In this document: piece after piece, positions 33,515 to 39,686 of the stretch | Numbering within the stretch: the first letter of the stretch is position 1 | Layout of the letters: the number at the start of each line of letters is the position of its first letter | Assembly (NCBI GenBank): GCA_025603075.1 | Contig: MU626433.1 | Location: forward strand, 1 to 39,686 | Direction: 5' to 3' | Origin: Neoconidiobolus thromboides FSU 785 | Lineage: Eukaryota; Fungi; Entomophthoromycota | Length of the DNA stretch: 39,686 bases | Notes under the pieces: generated by a model | Database searches by the model: none | What the model was told of the DNA's origin: nothing | What the model saw: only the letters and a program-made list of their open reading frames with translations | Program-made: the position numbers and the translations under genes

Positions 33515-33844
33515 ATGGTTAAGGCCAGAGTTTGATAGTTTTCTATGGCTGCATGCCAAAATTGATATTTGTTTTCTGGTCCAAGCCAATGATTATCAAA
33601 ACAAAGCCATATGATTAGCCGAGATGGCTTTATCCTAACTTTAGTTAAACTTGGCAACTTCATTTAGACTAACCCTTTAAAAAATGAGCAGCGTAATACT
33701 TTTCAAATTCCAAATTTTATTGGTTCCAATAATATTTAGCTATTCAATTGAAATTCATTTATAACCAATAAATTTCCAAAGGATCAAAAGTCAATTAAAA
33801 ATCAATTCATTTTAACTCGAATTTATTTATCTTAAGTTAAAACA

Positions 33845-34938
33845 ATGAAAAGAACAGTTGAAGTGTCCGAATTACTTCAATTAAGTCATAATAACTTCAA
33901 AAAGTTTATGGTAGTTATCAATGATTCATTAAAAAATAAAGGAAAAGATATAATGGAAAGAGGAAAGATAATAATGTCCATAAACGCCAAATGGAAACAT
34001 TCTAAAGCAGTTAAAGACATGTTGCAAAATCAAACCAAAATTACTGAAGATAAAGAAGATGTCGATATATTTGATCAAATAAAACAACAACTGAATAAAC
34101 AAAAGAAGGAAAAAATGAAAAAAAGTGATAAATTAAAAATATTAGAGAACAAAATGAAAGATGATAATTTAGAGGAAGTAAGAAAGGATATTTGTAAGTG
34201 TAGTAATAGTAGTAAATTAAATAATGACTATAACGAGTTTTAGATGATGAAGCCTGTTCTTCTAAGCACCAAGTCTTATTGAAGAAATCAACACTTATTA
34301 ATGATATTAATGAAGATGAAAAAATGGATAAATTAATTGAAGAAAAAATGGATAAATTAATTGAAGAAAAAATAGATAAATTAATTGGGGAAAAAATAGA
34401 TAAATTAATTGGGAGAAAAAAAGAATCAAACAACGCTAGTAACAGTATAAATATAAAGAATCGTGACAAATCAGTAACATTAACTAAACAAAATATAAAG
34501 AGTATTTTAAGAAGCGAACACATTGATAGTTTAAAGGAAAACCCGACCCAAATAGAAAATAGCTATCAACAGGGGCTGAAGGATAGTTCTAGTTATGCAT
34601 CAGAGTGGGCAACTAATTGGGAAGCTACGGAAGAATTCGATATAAAGAGAATTACCATTAAAGATAAAAATTTACAAAATGAACATACATTTAATAATGA
34701 AATAGAGACTATCAAAAGATATAATCCTAAAAGGTATTTAGAGCATAAGAAATCTAAGCTTCTGGATTTAAATTATAACGATGTTGATTTAAATGTTAAT
34801 CAACCCATTAGTCCAGGTCGTACAATCCTATCACTTCATCATAATAATAAAAGAACATTGGAAGTTGAAAAGGAAACTGATGAAAGGTTGGAAAAACAAC
34901 ATTCAAAGAGAAGGCTTGATAGATCAGGTAAAAAATAG
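33845..34938 (+). CDS. Orphan 347-aa protein, paralog of the 14856 gene; join(33845..34193,34244..34938)
   Basis: A 50-nt GTAAGT...TTTTAG intron (34194-34243) joins the two listed ORFs in frame. Confidence 0.8.
34318..34413 (+). repeat. Coding minisatellite, 4 x 24 nt (EK[MI]DKLI[EG])
   Basis: GAAAAAATRGATAAATTAATTGRR repeated four times. Confidence 0.92.
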
Positions 34939-35062
34939 ACAATTTTTTTAGTTTATTGTTATTATTATTTAATTAAAACGTTATATTTATTTTCAAACAT
35001 ATTGATTTATTATTAGTCTTATCCTCCTTTTAACAAAATAAGATAAAATAAAATAAATAACA

Positions 35063-35167
35063 TATAGGGATGTATTTTCGTGTTTAAAAATTTTACTGGC
35101 AATTTTTCTGCTTATATAGTGCTCAAAAGATTGAAAAAGTAATGAAGCAAAAAAAAACACTCCCATA
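35063..35167 (+). mobile_element. MITE copy (A)
   Basis: TA|TAGGGATGTATTTT...AAAACACTCCCA|TA. Confidence 0.88.
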
Positions 35168-35631
35168 TCTGTTTATATTGATATACCTTTTTTATTACAT
35201 TTGGTATTTATACTATACTGTTACCATTCTTTTAGAGATGATCAAGTATGGTAAATAGCCTATCATTATTATATTAATATAAAAATTATCAATAATGATA
35301 AACATCATTTTATTTTTAACTTTATTAACCATATAATAGATATTCAACTTTAATATAACTTCTATATATTTTATTTAAAATAAACCAACTACGTATGTAT
35401 TTAAACCTAAATTAATAGCTTTAAAATACTCACCATTACCATACTTACAATGTGATAAAATAACGACTACCAATACAAATGAAATGTCAGCAAAAATCCG
35501 TACCTTTAAAATTAATAAATACAACAAATAGCTGAAGGCAAAAGCATTGCTAACAATCACCACTGTCTTTAAAAGTTAATTTAGTAAATATTAATTATTT
35601 TTAATCAATAATATCAACAGTGATTAGAGAT

Positions 35632-35704
35632 GCTCCGTTAGCTCAGTTGGCAGAGCGTGGTGCTAATAACGCTAAGGTCATAGGTTCAAGCCCTATACGG
35701 AGCA
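35632..35704 (+). tRNA. trnI: tRNA-Ile(AAT), copy 4
   Basis: Identical to copy 1. Confidence 0.95.
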
Positions 35705-36366
35705 TAACTCGTCGATAGCGACGAGCCCCTGTTTTGCTAAACAAATATTAATTAATATATGAGTTTTATAAAATAATATACTTTCAATCTTAATATTATA
35801 ATAAAATTACAGTATAACATTTACTTTATATTTGATAGAAATTAAATTTAGCCAATAAAATAAATGATTTTATACTATTGAAAGCTTAATTTTTTAATAA
35901 AAAATTCATAATAAAATAATATAAACAGCTATATTTGAATATTATGGCATGTGGGCTAATCAGAATAAAGAAACATATTAGACTCACCTTAGTGTAAAAA
36001 CTCTTAATACTTTAAAAACAGATTTAATTAATTAGTTTTATGTTAAATTTGCCTTATCAGGAAATTAACTGTCAGTAAAATGGGTATTGATCATAGTTTG
36101 TAATAAGGATTCCCTATACTATGAAAACTCTATAAAATAAAGTAACATTTAATTAAATATTACTAAATAACTTACTAACTGAAACTCCACCCCTGTGATT
36201 ATACGGCGTAAGCTAAGAAAGTTTAATAGTTAAAAAAGTACTCTTTTACATTAATCTGTTTGTTCCTAATTTACTTTTAACTCATTTATTAATGTTATTC
36301 AAATATGAGTAACTATAAAAAAACATAATTAGTCATGAAATGTAAAAAAACAAGTTCCATAAAAAA

Positions 36367-37077
36367 ATGAACTCTTCCTATTATTCACAATATGGCTTTA
36401 TTGATGCTTTCCTAGCTGAAGAGCTCAGTATCCTTATAATAAATATTCTAGTTGGTATTATTTACATAATTACTGGGTTTATAATACTTCATAAAAGAGA
36501 ATCTACAATCAAATTTATACGCTTTAGCTCTGGTTATTGGCTTTTCACTTCTTTTATAATTCAAATAGGTTTATTAATAGTTATATACAGAAAAGATACC
36601 TCAATGACAACAGCAGGAAATCAAAATATCCCTTTCTTGGGGATGAATCTAGGTGCTTTAGCTATTTCTATAATCTTTGGTTTGTTAGCGTTATACAATG
36701 AAAGGTTTGGAGATATTGTAATAGGTATGTTTTCAGGGTATTTGTTCTGGTTTACATTTGGATCTTTTTTTCCATCCCCAATAATTAATTTACCAGTTGG
36801 CTTTATCTTATCCCTTATTTTGTTGAATGGAATGTTTTTTCATAAAGAAGATGGGTTTGTAACGGCATGTATTTGGACTGGCTCATTTTTATTTGTGGAA
36901 GGGTTTAACATCATTAGTATTAGTACTTTACTTTTTCAAAAAAGTACACCAAGCTGTATATTAGCGCATATAGTAACAATTATTTTTAAAATGGTGATCT
37001 TCACTGTGTTCAAAGTGAAGTATAATAAGTCAAAGGCTAAACCAAAAAATAATAAGCTAAAGCATTACCCGGTTTAG
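36367..37077 (+). CDS. DUF4203-like multipass membrane protein, 236 aa
   Basis: About 6-7 hydrophobic segments. IKFIRFSSGYWLF aligns with IKFTRGISGLWFF, and CIWTGS with CIWIGS, of the 1725 gene. Confidence 0.75.
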   Translation: MNSSYYSQYGFIDAFLAEELSILIINILVGIIYIITGFIILHKRESTIKFIRFSSGYWLFTSFIIQIGLLIVIYRKDTSMTTAGNQNIPFLGMNLGALAISIIFGLLALYNERFGDIVIGMFSGYLFWFTFGSFFPSPIINLPVGFILSLILLNGMFFHKEDGFVTACIWTGSFLFVEGFNIISISTLLFQKSTPSCILAHIVTIIFKMVIFTVFKVKYNKSKAKPKNNKLKHYPV

Positions 37078-37399
37078 TGATTTCATCACTTATCTTTGTG
37101 AATACTAAATATAGTTTAAAATTTATGATTATGGCTATCTTAACAAAGCTATCAGAGAATGGATAGCTATTACTTTAGAAAAGTTATACTTAAGCAAACT
37201 AACTATGTTATCTTGATCTAATAAAAAATATTACAAGCTTGATTGAATTAGTTTTTTAATTTATTGTTAGCCCTTTAACAATTAGAATCCTCGTAGACTA
37301 ATTTAGATAGTTGACAGTATATTTATAGTTTTGAATATTTCTTAAGCATACTACTATTAAATTTGTTTTGATAATACAAATTTAATATTAGGAAATTGA

Positions 37400-37740
37400 G
37401 GTTTTTACTGTTAATTGGATTTACTCCTATCCTCCCATTCCGTCAATTGATGACACTGTATTTATTTCGGCTAGCTTAAAAATTCACTTTATAATCTCCT
37501 TTTGTTCTTCAATTTTATGGCCAATCTATAGGATCCACACAAAATTGGCCTTTGGAGCTTGTCCTTTTAAATCCTCTTTGGCAAGCTTGGTCATTGAGTG
37601 AAAGATTGTGTAGGCTACTAATTTACCTCGTATGATATCTAGATTATCAAATCCCAAAAAAGGCATTAAACCACTTCCTCTCTGACCTTACTCTCCTCTT
37701 ATTACTAGTTTCTAATTATTGCACTCTTAACTAATAAAGA
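37400..37740 (-). mobile_element. Degenerate coding-like relic, possibly retroelement
   Basis: GC-richer patch with a broken minus-strand frame (LDIIRGKLVAYTIFHSMTKLAKEDLKGQAPKANFVWIL*). No family recognised. Confidence 0.2.
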
Positions 37741-38122
37741 TAGTTGAGAGCTCGTTTTTTAAGAATTTAAAAAAACTTTTTTAGCTATATTAGAGATTTG
37801 TATCAAGTTAGATGTGTTCAATTATTATTAAATTCAATATGAAAGTAGTTTATTATAGTTTCTTTTTAACAATTTAAATAGATATATGTCATATTTAATG
37901 AAACAAAAATATTCACAAGGGCAGTACAAGTTAATGTTAATTTAGTTAGAGAATGGGATAGATCTATCATAAATTTTTGTCACAAACCAAAAAAAATATT
38001 CATCCACCACAAAATACAACAGTTTTATAATCTTTCAATAAACGTCGCTATTATATTTAAACACTTTATTAAGTTATTCTTTGAATGCATCTGATAAAGC
38101 TCTTTAAACAAAAGCCAAGTTA

Positions 38123-38224
38123 TATAGGAATGTATTTTTGTGTTTAAGAATTTTATTAAGAATTTTTCGATTGAAATAGTGCTTGAAAGGTAAAAAATGA
38201 TGAAGCCAAAAAAACACTCCCATA
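38123..38224 (+). mobile_element. MITE copy (A)
   Basis: TA|TAGGAATGTATTTTT...AAAACACTCCCA|TA. Confidence 0.88.
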
Positions 38225-39038
38225 CTCATATATTACATAGAGATACGGTTAGTTCATGCTTTAATTATTCCCTAATTTTTTTCTGACTTCAAGAGCAAGT
38301 CCTGTATTACCTACTTATTTAATACACAAAACGCTTAAAGGAGGAATAAATTCAAAAAAACGAGAATCTTTAATAGCAAAAGAACAGTTCCGCCGAGTGT
38401 AATGAGAAAAGAAGGATCCAAGTCTAAAAAAAGTAAAGGAGATACTTTCGATGAAATTAACTAGCTTTATAAATAGATTTATTACTAAAAATTCCAAAAT
38501 GTAAAAATTCGCTTAAAATGTTTTAAGAACATGAGCAGGGGTAATAATTTTCTTCTTGATAAATACCAATAATGTTTATAAATTAACCAGTTTAATCGTA
38601 TTTCAATTTATTATGTTATCTTTACTAATATAGAATTGAAAGTACTCTATAGTTTACTTTGAGCTTATATTAAGATTTGCTATGAATGCTTATATATATT
38701 GGCTATAATCATGGTATTACAAATTACATACCTGTGTATAAATCAGAACAATAAAACAAGAGATAGATATAAACTCCAATTAAAATTTTTCTCTAAGTAA
38801 ACCTCAAATTAAATCGGAGTAAATAATATTTAGAAGAACATATAAACCCCGCTTTGATTTAATACTAATGGTTCACTAAACATATCAAGGGCGTAAATCG
38901 CCACACTATAATAACTATATGAAAAAAGTAATAATGGTAGTAAACAAAAATAATATAAAAAGATGTAAAAATAATGTCGATTGAATAAAAATAAAAACAA
39001 TAAAGTTTAACTTATTATATTGAATTGATAATAAAAAT

Positions 39039-39686
39039 ATGGATAATAATATGGATCATAGTATTGACGCAGGCTCAGAGGCTGTAGCTGAAATGATGAG
39101 CAAAGTTTATGGGTTTTTGATCAATATGCTTCAAATTTATTCTAAAGCATTAATAGGGATTGGAGTAGTATTATTAGTGTTAGGATTAGTATTTTTAATA
39201 TTTGGTCGCAGAGTAATTAAAGTGTTATATTTCTTTGGTGGTTTAGTAGTCATTAGTTTTATTTCAATGTTAATTGGTACAATAATAATTTATTTCAATA
39301 AAGTCAAACCTTTGTTTACGGATCCTTCTCTACTCGAAAGAGATAATCCATTTGGGGGAGTGTTCAAAGCATTTATTATTTTACTTATAGTATCTCTTGT
39401 ACTTGGACTAGTGATTGGTATTTTAGCTGCTATCTATGGTAAATTCGGTATTGTTTTAGTAGGTTTAGCATGTGGCATGATGATCGGATTGGCTATTGGT
39501 GTCACTACTGGAAATGCTATTGCTATAGGCTGTTTGACTATTGGTTTAGGCATCATTCTTGGTGTTTTATGCGGCTTCTATAAACGATTGTTTGAAGTAA
39601 TTACAGCTTCTATAGTTGGTGGTTTTCTTTTCTCTAATGGGTATAGACTTATCTTCACAGGTGCTGTTTATCTGAATGTAGAGAAC
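39039..39686 (+). CDS. DUF4203-like multipass membrane protein, 3'-partial (not in the ORF track)
   Basis: Open from ATG 39039 to the window end (216 codons). Gly-rich TM segments with LGLVFLIFGRRVIKVLYFFGG and ITASIVGGFLF, a pattern typical of DUF4203. Confidence 0.8.
   Translation, partial: MDNNMDHSIDAGSEAVAEMMSKVYGFLINMLQIYSKALIGIGVVLLVLGLVFLIFGRRVIKVLYFFGGLVVISFISMLIGTIIIYFNKVKPLFTDPSLLERDNPFGGVFKAFIILLIVSLVLGLVIGILAAIYGKFGIVLVGLACGMMIGLAIGVTTGNAIAIGCLTIGLGIILGVLCGFYKRLFEVITASIVGGFLFSNGYRLIFTGAVYLNVEN

Noticed and set aside
34041-34523. 160-aa minus-strand ORF with SINLSIFS repeats; also 16499 and 26937
   Set aside because: Antisense to real genes; the repeat is the reverse frame of the 24-nt minisatellite.
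1397-38224. MITE copies or tRNA repeats as a CRISPR-like or bacterial REP system
   Set aside because: Copies are dispersed with no regular spacers, the context is an intron-containing eukaryote, and TIR plus TA duplication explains them.

Overview
Very AT-rich eukaryotic DNA with short (45-76 nt) GT-AG introns, most consistent with an early-diverging fungus; a Conidiobolus/Entomophthoromycotina-like source is an inference only. Housekeeping genes: an SCYL1/Cex1-like pseudokinase (3 exons), S-adenosylmethionine decarboxylase (2 exons), galactokinase (3 exons), tRNA-Asn(GTT) and four identical tRNA-Ile(AAT). The rest is expanded, fast-turnover families: four DUF4203-like multipass membrane genes, two decaying F-box genes, a Kelch-like type I membrane protein, and two paralogous orphan proteins that share an N-terminal domain and each carry their own octapeptide repeat. 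Two features stand out. (1) A tandem array of four small secreted precursors (signal + acidic pro-region + 4-Cys, Trp-containing predicted beta-hairpin), with a shared 5'-UTR intron, a repeated upstream octamer, one chimeric copy and one dying copy. (2) About 17 copies of a ~100-bp TA-targeting MITE. One copy splits a gene that reads through cleanly when it is removed, one is nested in another, and the consensus contains a 48-nt intron-like GT...CTAAY...TAG segment. All alignments were done by eye and no database search was run.
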